Shown: positions 53,150 to 63,322 of the stretch, in pieces
Layout: the number at the start of each line of letters is the position of its first letter
How positions within the stretch are numbered: the stretch's first letter is position 1
DNA from: a virus
DNA length: 64,000 nt
Reading direction: 5' to 3' (one strand)
IMG/VR virus record: IMGVR_UViG_3300010381_000012
Made by a program: the position numbers and the translations under genes
Notes under the pieces: model-generated
What the model was told of the DNA's origin: nothing
What the model saw: only the letters and a program-made list of their open reading frames with translations
The model's database searches: none

Positions 53150-56100
53150 ATGCCTAGCGCCGGTTACCAAGTCACAATAGACACCTCCTCCGCCAGAACT
53201 AACATTTCTGCGCTACGCAAGGAGATGGAGGACCTGCGCGCGTCAAACAAGTTGTCTGCAACGGAATTTGACGCCCTCAAAAAGAGAATTGTCGAACTTG
53301 AAGCATCAATTGGCGACACGAAGGGGATTGAGACCCACCGGAAGGCCGTGGAGGCCGACGCCAAGGCCATGGGGCTTACCGAGAAGGAAGCCAAGGCCCT
53401 CGGAGAGCGGGTTGTCCAAAATGCTGCGCAGCACAGGGAGGCTAGCAACAGCGTCTCTTTTTTAAATCAGTCTTTTGGTGCCCTCGTCACGCAGGTCACA
53501 GCCCTGGCCGGGGCCTATGTTTCCCTGCGCAGCGCTGCGTCGTTCCTCTCGGATTCCACGACTCTGGCCGCCCGCTATGACACGCTCGGCATCGTCATGC
53601 GCACAGTCGGCGCAAACGCCGGTTACGCCGCCTCGGAGCTCAACACCTACCAGACTTCCTTAGAGCGCACGGGCATTTCCATGCTGGCCTCCCGCCAGTC
53701 CATTTCGCAGATGATCCAGGCGCAAATGGACTTGGCGAGCTCGTCAAAACTGGCCAGAACTGCCCAGGATGCCGCCGTCATCGGCAATGTGAATTCCTCG
53801 GAAGCCTTCGGCCGCATGACCACGGCCATCCAGACGGCGCAGCCGGAAATGCTTCGGACCATGGGCATCATCGTCAATTTCGACGAGGCCTACCGAAAAT
53901 ACGCCCGGACCATCTCCACGACCACGGACGCCCTGACCGAAAACCAGAAGATGCAGGCCCGTGTTGCCTCGACCATGGAAGCAACCAGGGCTATTGCCGG
54001 GTCCTACGAAGCCGCCATGGGCACCCCAGGGAAGCAGGCGCTTTCTCTGGAGCGCTACTGGGAGGACTTCAAGGTCAATCTCGGCGAATCATTCCAGCCT
54101 GCCTACAAGTCCCTCATTGAAGGGACAACGGATGCGCTCAAGGACTTCACGGAAGTTGTGAAGGACCCGTCTTTCCAGACCAGCATGAAGGAATGGGCGG
54201 ATAGTCTCGGGGCTGTGGCGAGGGCCATGGCCGAGGTTGGCAAATGGGCCGGCATCCGCTCCCAGGTGGGCACGCTCACTGAAGGAAAGAAACTCCTTGA
54301 TGATGGCCGGGTGGATTCTTCTTGGTGGAAAGACTTCACAAGCGGGGACCTGTTCGATTTCTCTGGCGAAAATAGCTGGAGCAACTACAAAAACGCCTCC
54401 AAGCGCCAGCGAATGGTCGATGAGGCCAAAAAAGGCCTTGAGGCCCAGAGCCGGGACTGGCTCGCTCTCCATTGGGGCTACGTCCCTGGCGAGACCTCTG
54501 CCCCGGGCGATTCTCCCTACACCTCCGATATCCCGAAATCTGGCGAAATCGGCAAGCTCTATCAAGCCCAGCAGACACGCGAGGCCTACGACCTCAAAGA
54601 CACCATCTCCAGGTATCTCGAGAAAAACAAGGGATACCAGTCAACGTCCGCTCTCCTCGATGAGGCCACCAAGACATGGACCGGTGAGCGCGCCAACGCC
54701 TCCCGGGCGCAATCCCTGGCCCAGGCCATGGGCGATTCGCAAATGTACGCCGACGCCCAGCAGATGCAGGCCGAGGCGGATCAAAAGCTTATCGAAACGC
54801 GGCGGCAACTCCTCAAGGTCAACGAGGATGTGCGGAGGTCGGTGCAGGGGATGGCCTCTTCCGCCCTATCCGCGCAAGCCGATCTTTTCGGCGATTCCCG
54901 CACGTCCTCGGCCATCAAAGACCTCCAGACATACAATGACGAGCTTGCGCAGTTCCGCGCGCGCATGGCCACCTACAAGGGCGACGATAAGGAATCTGTC
55001 ACCCGGGCCGGGGAATACTGGATAAACTACAACAAAGGGCTCCGCGACGCGAAGCGCACGCTTGAGGACTTCCGCAACACCCTCTCCACGGTCGGCGACC
55101 TCATGTCCGACCTTGGCCGCCTCACAGGTTCCCCCGAGGCCTCCTACCAGGGGGCCATGTTCCGGTTGAAGTCGCAGTATCAGGACGACATCAAGCAGGC
55201 TGCATCCCTCGGCATCGGCAAGGACCTCGTCGATCAGGCCTACACGCTCAAGGCCCGGGAAGCGTGGCAGGAGTCCTACAAGGGCCTTTCCGACATTGAC
55301 GGATCGGCCTTCGACCAACGCCGTGCCATGCTCTCGCGCGAGGTTGAGGACTTCCGCAAGGCTGGCGCGGATGAGGTGGCGCTTCGCATCTACGCGGCCC
55401 AGAAATCCGAGGATATTGCCCGAAACGAGATCGAGTCCCGGCAGGCCTACGCCGGTAGCTTTACCGATTTTTTGCGGGGGCAGGTCAACATCGAGCTCGG
55501 CCTGTACCAGGGCCAGCAGAGCCAGCAGCTTTCCGCGTGGCAGGATTACTACAACGACCTCAAGACGCTCGGCCAGGGCTGGATGGACACCACCAAGTCC
55601 GGGCTGGTGGACCTCATCGACGGCGCCGTAACCGGTAAGGGCGAGGACGCCTGGAAGAACATGCTGGCCAACATGCGCCGGCAGACGCTCCAGTTTTTCG
55701 TCGACATCGCCATGGATTGGGCCAAGGCCAATGTTTTCAAGCCGGCCATCGGCGGCGCACTGGGAATCGGCAGCGGCGAGACGGCCACCAAAACGGTCGA
55801 GGGCGCGGCCCGGGGGCTTGCCTCGCAAGCCGTCAGCGCCCCGGCCAGCGAATCCGTTTTGGCCTGGCTCGGCCAGGGCGTGCCGACGTACACGCCGGCG
55901 CAGGTCACAACCCCTATGCAGGAGGCGGCCAAGGCCCTGGGCTCCATCGCCGGAAAGTACGAGAGCGGCGGAAACTACGGCCTTGTCTCCAAGGGCGACA
56001 AATGGGGCGACCCGGGCGGCGTCAGCTACGGGAAATACCAGCTTTCGTCCGTGCGCGGTTCCCTGGGCGAGTTCCTGAAGGCCTCAGGCTACACGGACCA

Positions 56101-59100
56101 CCCGGCCGTCAACTCCGACGCCTTCAAGTCCTGGTGGAAGGATCAGGCGCAGAGCACGGCTTTCCAGCAGGCGCAGGAGTCGTTCGCCTCCGAGAAGTTC
56201 TACAAGCCCGTGGCCAAGCACTTGGAGTCCATGGGCTACGGCGCCGGGAATGACCCGGGCGTTCAGGAAATGCTCATGGCCATGGCCAACGCCCACGGCG
56301 TCGGCGGGGCCGACAAGATCCTGGACCGGTCCCTGAAGGGCTTCGATCTGGGAACCATCTCCCGGGATGACTTGATCCGGGCCGTCTACGCTGAGCGCAT
56401 GAAGGGCCCTGGGGATTCGCTGGAGTATTGGCGGTCCTCGCCGGCCAACGTGCAATCCAGTGTCAAGCGCCGCCTGGGCAACGAGATGCAGGACGTTCTT
56501 GGCGCGTCCTCCCAGCCCTACGGCCCCGCCGGAGAGACGGCCACCCGGGCCGTGGCCTCGGCCGCGTCCTCTTACGGTCTTCTTGGGGCCAATTTCGGGC
56601 AGCTTGGGGCGCAGTCGATTCTCTCCAAGATCGACACCCGTGGTGGCATCTATTCGGCCCTGACCGGCGACAGCGCCTCCTACGCCTGGAATACCTCGAA
56701 CATCACCCAGGCCGGGGGAACCGCAAGCTCCTCCTTCTGGGCCGCACCCACCGGCGGGAACGTGTGGGACGTCTCCACCTACACGAGCGCCCTTTCCGGC
56801 CTGTCTTCCACTGACGCCACCACGGCGGCCAAACTGGTGGCCATGGGCTTGTCGCCGGATCAAGCCGTCACGATGGTCACGGGCGCGTCCGGAGGATCTT
56901 CAACCGCCCAGGCCGTCAACAGCCAGACCGCCCAGCAGGGGACGAACTTCAACGCCTCGGACCTGCTGAAAAATTCCGGGAGCGGATCGTGGGTCGATTC
57001 GCTCGACCAGTGGGGCTTTGACAACCTCGGCATCGGCACCGACATGAGTGCCAAGGACGTTTCGGCCTTCGCCGGGAAGAACGTCACCGGATGGGAAGGC
57101 TCAACTTCGACCGGCTTGGGCACCATCGCCTCCGGGGCCCTGACCGGCGCCATGGCCGGGTACGGGATTTCCTCCCTGGTCTACCCGAATGGCACCGGAA
57201 CGGTGGGCGGGACTTTAGGAGGCCTGGCTGGCGGTGCGATCGGGTCCACCCTGCTTGGCAGCGCCCTGGGAGGCCCCATCGGCGGTATTGTCGGTGGCCT
57301 GCTCGGGTCCGTCCTGGGCGGATCGGAAACCAAGAAGACAGAAAAGACCGGTAGCGGCGTCACAGTCAATATTACGGGTGGCAAGATCACTCAGTCCGGC
57401 TACGACACCTACCGGACGACCACGTCTGGCATGTTCGGGTCGTCTAGCACCAGCCATTCCAAGTCGGCCAGTATAGGCGACCCGGAGCTTGAGTCCGCCT
57501 TCCGGTCGGCGCTCGATTCCTACACGGCCCAAAACTGGCGCTCCTCGGTCAACATGGGGATTTCGGCCTCTGCGCTCAAGTCCTTCAGCTTCCCCTTTGA
57601 TTTCGACATCGACTCGGAAAACGCCTCGTTCGCAGCCCGGTCCGTGGCCAACTATCAGGCCTACCAACTTCTGGACAACGCGGGGCTGCGCGGCGAGTTC
57701 GACGAGGTCGCCAAGTCGGGCGAGGTCTACGTCGACGAACTCAAGCGCATCGCCGACGCCTACAACACCGGGTCCATCGCGGCCTCTGCCGCCGGCACCA
57801 GCTTGGAGAAGCTGGCCGGAACCATGTCCACCGTCTTCCAGGGGGATTGGTTTTCGCAGGTGTCGGACCTTCTTGGCGGCACGGACCAAGCCAGCAGCGC
57901 CTTTTCGACCTACATCCGATACGGGCTCTCGAAATCTGATGCCATCGGCTACGGCCTTTCGGCCTACGCCGGTGGGGCCGGGAGCTCCATCGCCCAACTC
58001 GGCGACGACAGCGTCAACATGGGGAATTTTTGGGATAAATACACCGAAGCCATGAACGCCGGCAACATGAGCGCGGATCAGTTCGCACTCTGGTCAAATG
58101 CCGCCAGCTACATGGCCAATTACTCGGACACCCAGTATCAGGCGCTCGACCTCATGCAGACGATCAACAACGTCCGCATCGCCCAACTTAAACAGGAAAT
58201 GTCCGAAGTCCAGAATGTCAAGGTCATGGTGGATGGCCTCAACACATCTGTTTCGTCGGCCTACTCCACATACAAAAATCTGTATGACACCCTGACGTCG
58301 TCCATCCAGTCTATCACCTGGAGTTCGTCTCTCTCCCCGAATACGCCGACAACAACTTTCAAGCAGCAGCAGGCGTATTATAATCTCCTCAAAAGCAAGG
58401 TTTCCAATGAGGATTCCAGCAGCCTGACCTACTCGTCTGACGTCTCGAAGTTGTCTAGCTTCAGTCAGACATATTTGCAGTCTGCAAAATCCTACTACGG
58501 GTCGTCGTCGCAATACTACAAAATTTACAACGATGTCACCGGAGAACTTTCCAAGCTTCAGGCGACGACCAAAACGGAGATGGAATACCTCGCCGAGCAG
58601 TTGCAGGCCCAATATACGGTCATCAACCAAAATCAGGCCGAAATCGACCAGCTCACGATGACCAACACCAACCTGCAAATTCTCGGGGCAGGGCTTGACG
58701 CGCTCGGCACGGACATTTCGAGCGGCCTTTCTGCGATCCTGGCGGCCATGAACTCGTCTTACGAGTCGACCTGGGTGTCCGACATCGCTTCGGCCATGTC
58801 GGCCTACGCGGAATCCTACACGGCCACGGTTGCCTCCCTGGCCACCACATCCACGGTCGACACGTCGTCGCTTGCCAGTACGGACTGGTCGGGCCTCTCC
58901 ACGCTGACCGGGTACGCCACGGGTGGCGACCCGGCCGCCGGCGAGTGGGCCTATGTGGGCGAGAGCGGGCCGGAACTGGTGCGGTTCGGGAAGGACGCCC
59001 GGGTCTACAACGCCGACGAGACGAAGGGCATTCTGGCGGCCAAGGGAGGGGACGGGAAGGCCGCAGCGAACGCCGTGAACCAGAACACACAGGTCACGGC

Positions 59101-59200
59101 CTCCGGATTTAATGCCCTTCTCCAGGCCTTCCAGGGCATGACCAAGGAATTTCAACGCATGCGCGTCGTGGCCGAGCGGCAAGCGGCGGGGAGGAATTGA
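53150..59200 (+). CDS. Tape measure protein with internal muramidase-like domain
   Basis: 2016 aa Ala/Ser-rich helical; KYESGG..GDPGGVSYGKYQL; glycine zipper; GYATGG..GESGPELV tail. Confidence 0.93.
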   Translation: MPSAGYQVTIDTSSARTNISALRKEMEDLRASNKLSATEFDALKKRIVELEASIGDTKGIETHRKAVEADAKAMGLTEKEAKALGERVVQNAAQHREASNSVSFLNQSFGALVTQVTALAGAYVSLRSAASFLSDSTTLAARYDTLGIVMRTVGANAGYAASELNTYQTSLERTGISMLASRQSISQMIQAQMDLASSSKLARTAQDAAVIGNVNSSEAFGRMTTAIQTAQPEMLRTMGIIVNFDEAYRKYARTISTTTDALTENQKMQARVASTMEATRAIAGSYEAAMGTPGKQALSLERYWEDFKVNLGESFQPAYKSLIEGTTDALKDFTEVVKDPSFQTSMKEWADSLGAVARAMAEVGKWAGIRSQVGTLTEGKKLLDDGRVDSSWWKDFTSGDLFDFSGENSWSNYKNASKRQRMVDEAKKGLEAQSRDWLALHWGYVPGETSAPGDSPYTSDIPKSGEIGKLYQAQQTREAYDLKDTISRYLEKNKGYQSTSALLDEATKTWTGERANASRAQSLAQAMGDSQMYADAQQMQAEADQKLIETRRQLLKVNEDVRRSVQGMASSALSAQADLFGDSRTSSAIKDLQTYNDELAQFRARMATYKGDDKESVTRAGEYWINYNKGLRDAKRTLEDFRNTLSTVGDLMSDLGRLTGSPEASYQGAMFRLKSQYQDDIKQAASLGIGKDLVDQAYTLKAREAWQESYKGLSDIDGSAFDQRRAMLSREVEDFRKAGADEVALRIYAAQKSEDIARNEIESRQAYAGSFTDFLRGQVNIELGLYQGQQSQQLSAWQDYYNDLKTLGQGWMDTTKSGLVDLIDGAVTGKGEDAWKNMLANMRRQTLQFFVDIAMDWAKANVFKPAIGGALGIGSGETATKTVEGAARGLASQAVSAPASESVLAWLGQGVPTYTPAQVTTPMQEAAKALGSIAGKYESGGNYGLVSKGDKWGDPGGVSYGKYQLSSVRGSLGEFLKASGYTDHPAVNSDAFKSWWKDQAQSTAFQQAQESFASEKFYKPVAKHLESMGYGAGNDPGVQEMLMAMANAHGVGGADKILDRSLKGFDLGTISRDDLIRAVYAERMKGPGDSLEYWRSSPANVQSSVKRRLGNEMQDVLGASSQPYGPAGETATRAVASAASSYGLLGANFGQLGAQSILSKIDTRGGIYSALTGDSASYAWNTSNITQAGGTASSSFWAAPTGGNVWDVSTYTSALSGLSSTDATTAAKLVAMGLSPDQAVTMVTGASGGSSTAQAVNSQTAQQGTNFNASDLLKNSGSGSWVDSLDQWGFDNLGIGTDMSAKDVSAFAGKNVTGWEGSTSTGLGTIASGALTGAMAGYGISSLVYPNGTGTVGGTLGGLAGGAIGSTLLGSALGGPIGGIVGGLLGSVLGGSETKKTEKTGSGVTVNITGGKITQSGYDTYRTTTSGMFGSSSTSHSKSASIGDPELESAFRSALDSYTAQNWRSSVNMGISASALKSFSFPFDFDIDSENASFAARSVANYQAYQLLDNAGLRGEFDEVAKSGEVYVDELKRIADAYNTGSIAASAAGTSLEKLAGTMSTVFQGDWFSQVSDLLGGTDQASSAFSTYIRYGLSKSDAIGYGLSAYAGGAGSSIAQLGDDSVNMGNFWDKYTEAMNAGNMSADQFALWSNAASYMANYSDTQYQALDLMQTINNVRIAQLKQEMSEVQNVKVMVDGLNTSVSSAYSTYKNLYDTLTSSIQSITWSSSLSPNTPTTTFKQQQAYYNLLKSKVSNEDSSSLTYSSDVSKLSSFSQTYLQSAKSYYGSSSQYYKIYNDVTGELSKLQATTKTEMEYLAEQLQAQYTVINQNQAEIDQLTMTNTNLQILGAGLDALGTDISSGLSAILAAMNSSYESTWVSDIASAMSAYAESYTATVASLATTSTVDTSSLASTDWSGLSTLTGYATGGDPAAGEWAYVGESGPELVRFGKDARVYNADETKGILAAKGGDGKAAANAVNQNTQVTASGFNALLQAFQGMTKEFQRMRVVAERQAAGRN

Positions 59201-59201
59201 C

Positions 59202-61496
59202 GTGGGCGTCCCGGTCTACCTCCTTGAGGTTTCCTACCTCGACCCCGCCACCATGCAGGCCGGCATGCTGCGTTGCGCCACAGGCGGGTATTGTACCCGT
59301 CCCGACGACGACCCGGCGAACACATTTTACGCGCCGCGCATCAAGGTCCCCAACAACTGGCAGGCAGCCGTTTTCAAGGATGGACTGACCGGCGGCGGCG
59401 CGGACGGCGGCAATGGAGTGGCGCAACTCATCGCCCTGGAATCGGAGGGCGAGGCGGGGGACTATCTCGACCAGTACATGCGCATGGCCTTTGACGGGCA
59501 ACCTCTCCGACTCCTCTACGGGGACAATGAGGCTCCCTATTCCGATTTCGCCGTCATTCTGACCGGAACGCAGTCCCAGCCGGAATTCACCTGGGGTTAT
59601 ATGTCCGTGAAGGTTCGGGACTATAGCAAATTTTTCGATAAGGCGCTCAGCCAGTACACGTTCCTTGGCAACAACGTGGCCGGCGTCGGCATTGAGGGCA
59701 CGCCTGACGACCTCATGGGTAAGACGAAGCCGCTTTGCTTCGGTCGCTGCCCGAACATAAGCCCGCCCTGTGTCAGCGCCTATTACATGCTGTTTATGGT
59801 CCATGCCGGCGTTGATGGGCGAGGCGGCCAAATCAAGGCCGTGGACGCCGTCCATGTGGATGCTGTGGCTTGGGCACTGGATACCTCGCACGGCGGCGAC
59901 GGCGCGGGTGGCGCAGGGGATTTCGCCACGCCGGCCACACTTGCCGCCTCGACCATTACCGATGGGGCCTATTTCCAGACCTGTTTGGCCTACGGGCTTG
60001 TCAAGATCGCGGGGGCCGTCTCCTCGGGTATCACCTGCGACGTGCGCGGCTGCGCCCTGGGCGGCATCTACGTGGACACCGTGCCTGGCATCATTCGGCG
60101 AATCGTCGAGCACTACATCCGGCGCAAACGGGTCAACCTCATCCAGTGGAGCGAGGATTTCAGCCAGGCCGTGTGGACGGCTTCGGGGTTGACCAAGGGC
60201 GCCGTCATCGCCTCAGGCCAGTTTGCCGGCATGACGCCCCTGGTCGAGGACGCCTCGACCGGAACACACACGCTGTCCCAGTCGTTGACGCTCGGCACGG
60301 GCATGTACTGCTTTTCGATCCCGGTCACGCCGGCCGGGCGCACCCTAGCCCGGCTCAAGCTCGTCAACCCGAGCAACACGGCCAACAACTGCTTGGCCGA
60401 TTTCGACCTGACCACGGGCGAAGTCTTGCTTCTCCAGGCCAATGGCGCGGCCGTGGGGCCCCAATACGAGGCAACCGGGTTCATCACGGATGGCGGCACC
60501 GTTGTCGACTCGAGCGGCGCGCTCCGCATCTGGGTGGCCGGCCAGCCGGACGAATCCTTTTCGCAGATCCAGGCCACGCTCTCCCTGCTCTCCGGGACTG
60601 CCGGCAGTTACACCGACTCCTATGCCGGATCAGGGGCTATCGGGGCCTACGTGGGTGCGCCGAGCCTTGGTGCGCAGATTGAGGCTTATTCATCGCCGGC
60701 CATCTATACCGGCCCGACAACGGCCAGCCCGGCGGCCGGTTACGATCCACCGGTGGGCCCGGAGGTGCATGCCGACAGCTTTACCGCGCTTGCCTCCCTG
60801 GGGACAGCCAACGGCGAGGTCGGCTACGCTGTGGCCGCTGGCGACACCACGACCGCTTCCGACGTGCTTTCGGCCATCGCATCCAGCCTGGGGTGCTGGT
60901 GGGCTTTTGACCGCAACGGGCTCATGCGCATCGGGCAGCTTTCCAGGCCGAGTGCCGCGGCTGATCCGGTCGCGCAATTCACCCTTGACGTCGACGGAGC
61001 CGTCTCCACCATCATCGAGGGTTCTTTCGACCGGTCAGCCCCCTTCGACAGCAATGATGGGACGATGGCCTATCGCATCATCATGCAATGCGTCCACAAT
61101 TGGACGACACAGCAAAAAAGCGCCTGCGCGACTGTTCTTTGGGAAAACGATCCGACCCGCGTGGCGTGGGTTGGCAAGGAGTGGCGGGAAATCCGGGCAG
61201 AGAATCTTTCGACGCTGGCCGCGCATCCCTTGGCCTGTGAACTCTCTTTCACATCATATTTGACCAAATTTTCAGACGCCCTTGCCGAATGCAAGCGCCT
61301 TTTGGCGTTCTATGGACAATACCTCGACAGATTCACCTTCAGAACCACCATTGATTCCATAAAAAAAGTCAACATTGGCGACATTGTTTCCATACGAATG
61401 CCTCGTTTCCAACTCGACGACGGGAAAAACTTCGTCGTGACCAGCATTACAGAGGTCCACGAAATGGCCGAAGCGACAGTTGAGGTTATAGGCTGA
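59202..61496 (+). CDS. Tail tip/hub protein with inserted beta-sandwich domain
   Basis: GKTKPLCFGRCPNISP; VNLIQWSEDFS insertion; after TMP. Confidence 0.75.
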   Translation: MGVPVYLLEVSYLDPATMQAGMLRCATGGYCTRPDDDPANTFYAPRIKVPNNWQAAVFKDGLTGGGADGGNGVAQLIALESEGEAGDYLDQYMRMAFDGQPLRLLYGDNEAPYSDFAVILTGTQSQPEFTWGYMSVKVRDYSKFFDKALSQYTFLGNNVAGVGIEGTPDDLMGKTKPLCFGRCPNISPPCVSAYYMLFMVHAGVDGRGGQIKAVDAVHVDAVAWALDTSHGGDGAGGAGDFATPATLAASTITDGAYFQTCLAYGLVKIAGAVSSGITCDVRGCALGGIYVDTVPGIIRRIVEHYIRRKRVNLIQWSEDFSQAVWTASGLTKGAVIASGQFAGMTPLVEDASTGTHTLSQSLTLGTGMYCFSIPVTPAGRTLARLKLVNPSNTANNCLADFDLTTGEVLLLQANGAAVGPQYEATGFITDGGTVVDSSGALRIWVAGQPDESFSQIQATLSLLSGTAGSYTDSYAGSGAIGAYVGAPSLGAQIEAYSSPAIYTGPTTASPAAGYDPPVGPEVHADSFTALASLGTANGEVGYAVAAGDTTTASDVLSAIASSLGCWWAFDRNGLMRIGQLSRPSAAADPVAQFTLDVDGAVSTIIEGSFDRSAPFDSNDGTMAYRIIMQCVHNWTTQQKSACATVLWENDPTRVAWVGKEWREIRAENLSTLAAHPLACELSFTSYLTKFSDALAECKRLLAFYGQYLDRFTFRTTIDSIKKVNIGDIVSIRMPRFQLDDGKNFVVTSITEVHEMAEATVEVIG

Positions 61497-62407
61497 TGGC
61501 CAACTGCCTGATTTGCTACCCGGATTACACTGCATCGGCTGTCGTCACGGGAGAAGGATGGTCTACGGCATTGCCCGTGACGAATTTGCAGACGCGGTTC
61601 CTGCGACAGTTTGCCAGGACCGCATCGGCAGACCTTTTCACGCCGGCCGTCGCCTTGCCTGATGGGGATCAGGCAAGCGCCGTTATTCATATTGATTTCA
61701 CCAAGCGCCGATATCTCACGGCCTACGCCCTGGTCGGTCACAACCTTACCCGTAAAGCTCAGGCCCGTATCATCCTCTGGTCTGACGAGACACGCACCAC
61801 GATCATGCACGACTATGGGTGGCAACCTGTTTGGCCCCGTTGGTACGATACTGTGCAACTGCGGTGGGCTGACTCGAACTTTCTTTACGGTCAAGTCACG
61901 GACGAACAAATAGGGAAAATAAGCAAGATTTATCTCTATCTGCTCAATTCCGACAGCTTTTCTGCAAGCGCAACAAGCGTTCAATATTCGAGCATCTACA
62001 TAAAAGATGCAAACAACACAGACAAGCGTTTGGATATTGGGCGTTTATACATGGCCGAAGACTGGAGCCCCAGACACAATATGATTTATGGGGCCTCCCT
62101 GGCCTGGGTTGATCCATCCGTGGTGGATAAAGCCCTTGACGGCACGAAATGGTTTGACAAGCGCACCAAGAACCGCATTGCCGTGTTCCAACTTAAATAC
62201 ATGAAGCCAGTTGAGGGGGTTAACAAGGCCCTTCTACTGACGCAGATGGCTGGCATCACGGAAGACGTCCTTTATGTATTCGACCCAAACAATGCACAGC
62301 TCATGCAGCAACGGTCATTTGTAGGGTGCCTTTCTGAATTGAGTCCGCTTGAATGGTGGATGTTTGGCCTTACTTCAATGGCCTTCAAAATTGAGGAGTC
62401 TGTCTAA
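61496..62407 (+). CDS. Tail tip (distal-tail-like) protein
   Basis: RLDIGRLYM..W.P..NM.YG pattern. Confidence 0.75.
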   Translation: MANCLICYPDYTASAVVTGEGWSTALPVTNLQTRFLRQFARTASADLFTPAVALPDGDQASAVIHIDFTKRRYLTAYALVGHNLTRKAQARIILWSDETRTTIMHDYGWQPVWPRWYDTVQLRWADSNFLYGQVTDEQIGKISKIYLYLLNSDSFSASATSVQYSSIYIKDANNTDKRLDIGRLYMAEDWSPRHNMIYGASLAWVDPSVVDKALDGTKWFDKRTKNRIAVFQLKYMKPVEGVNKALLLTQMAGITEDVLYVFDPNNAQLMQQRSFVGCLSELSPLEWWMFGLTSMAFKIEESV

Positions 62408-62940
62408 TGGCAGTTTTACTCGCTCTCACCGCAAAAGACCGCCTTAGCCTCGGGTACAACGGGACTGGTTCTGGTTATTGCGGATACAACGGAGAAAAAT
62501 ACGACCCCATCACCAACCCCGGCGGCATGGACGGCAACGGCGTCACGGTCAACTGGGTCAATATGGCCGCCGACATGGTTGCTCTTGGGCTTTCGACTGC
62601 CCAACAAGCGCAGATGGTTTCCGGCTACCTGGCAGGGGTGAACGGGTGGACGCAGGAGATCGGGACTATATCGAGACTTTCGGGCACGCAGTTCACGGTT
62701 TCCGGTGGGGTGGACAAAGCGTCCCTCTATAAGACCAACCGCGCCATATCCATCATTCAAACCGCTTCCGGCACCGGCTACGTCTCGTCAAGTTCCTACG
62801 ATCCTGAAACCGGCCTCACAACCGTCACTGTGAGTGGTGTCACCCTTGATACCGGATTGGCAGAAATCTGGTTCGGCCAGGACCCATCAAATGCGCCGCT
62901 AACAATTTCAAGTCCTATTGCAAACCAAGTCTTCGGCTAG
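62407..62940 (+). CDS. Tail fibre/adaptor protein
   Basis: Coupled ORF, Gly/Ser/Thr-rich. Confidence 0.65.
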   Translation: MAVLLALTAKDRLSLGYNGTGSGYCGYNGEKYDPITNPGGMDGNGVTVNWVNMAADMVALGLSTAQQAQMVSGYLAGVNGWTQEIGTISRLSGTQFTVSGGVDKASLYKTNRAISIIQTASGTGYVSSSSYDPETGLTTVTVSGVTLDTGLAEIWFGQDPSNAPLTISSPIANQVFG

Positions 62941-62949
62941 GAGGCATAT

Positions 62950-63321
62950 ATGGCCAACAATACTAATTTCGCCAAACTTCCTCTCTCCGGCGGACCCTCT
63001 AATGGCCGACGTATCAAAGTGGCTGCCACGGCCGACCCTGGCACGTTAATCCATATCGGCCCTGCCGATCCGGCCGTGACGGATGAGGTCTGGCTCGATG
63101 CCTACAACTCAAGCAATGCCGCCGTTGACCTCACCATCGAATGGGGAGGGTCAACGTCACCCGACGACCTTATTACAAAAACGATCCTGCCAAAGTCCGG
63201 GCTGGATTTGATCATTCCGGGGAATGTGTTGGTTGGGGCGGAAACCCCGCTCGTCGTGCGAGCCTACGCGGGCACGGCCGACGTCATCACCATCGGCGGC
63301 TACGTCAACAGGATACAGTAA
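62950..63321 (+). CDS. Virion structural protein
   Basis: GTLIH..DEVWL..VRAYAGTADVITIGGYVNRI. Confidence 0.7.
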   Translation: MANNTNFAKLPLSGGPSNGRRIKVAATADPGTLIHIGPADPAVTDEVWLDAYNSSNAAVDLTIEWGGSTSPDDLITKTILPKSGLDLIIPGNVLVGAETPLVVRAYAGTADVITIGGYVNRIQ

Positions 63322-63322
63322 C

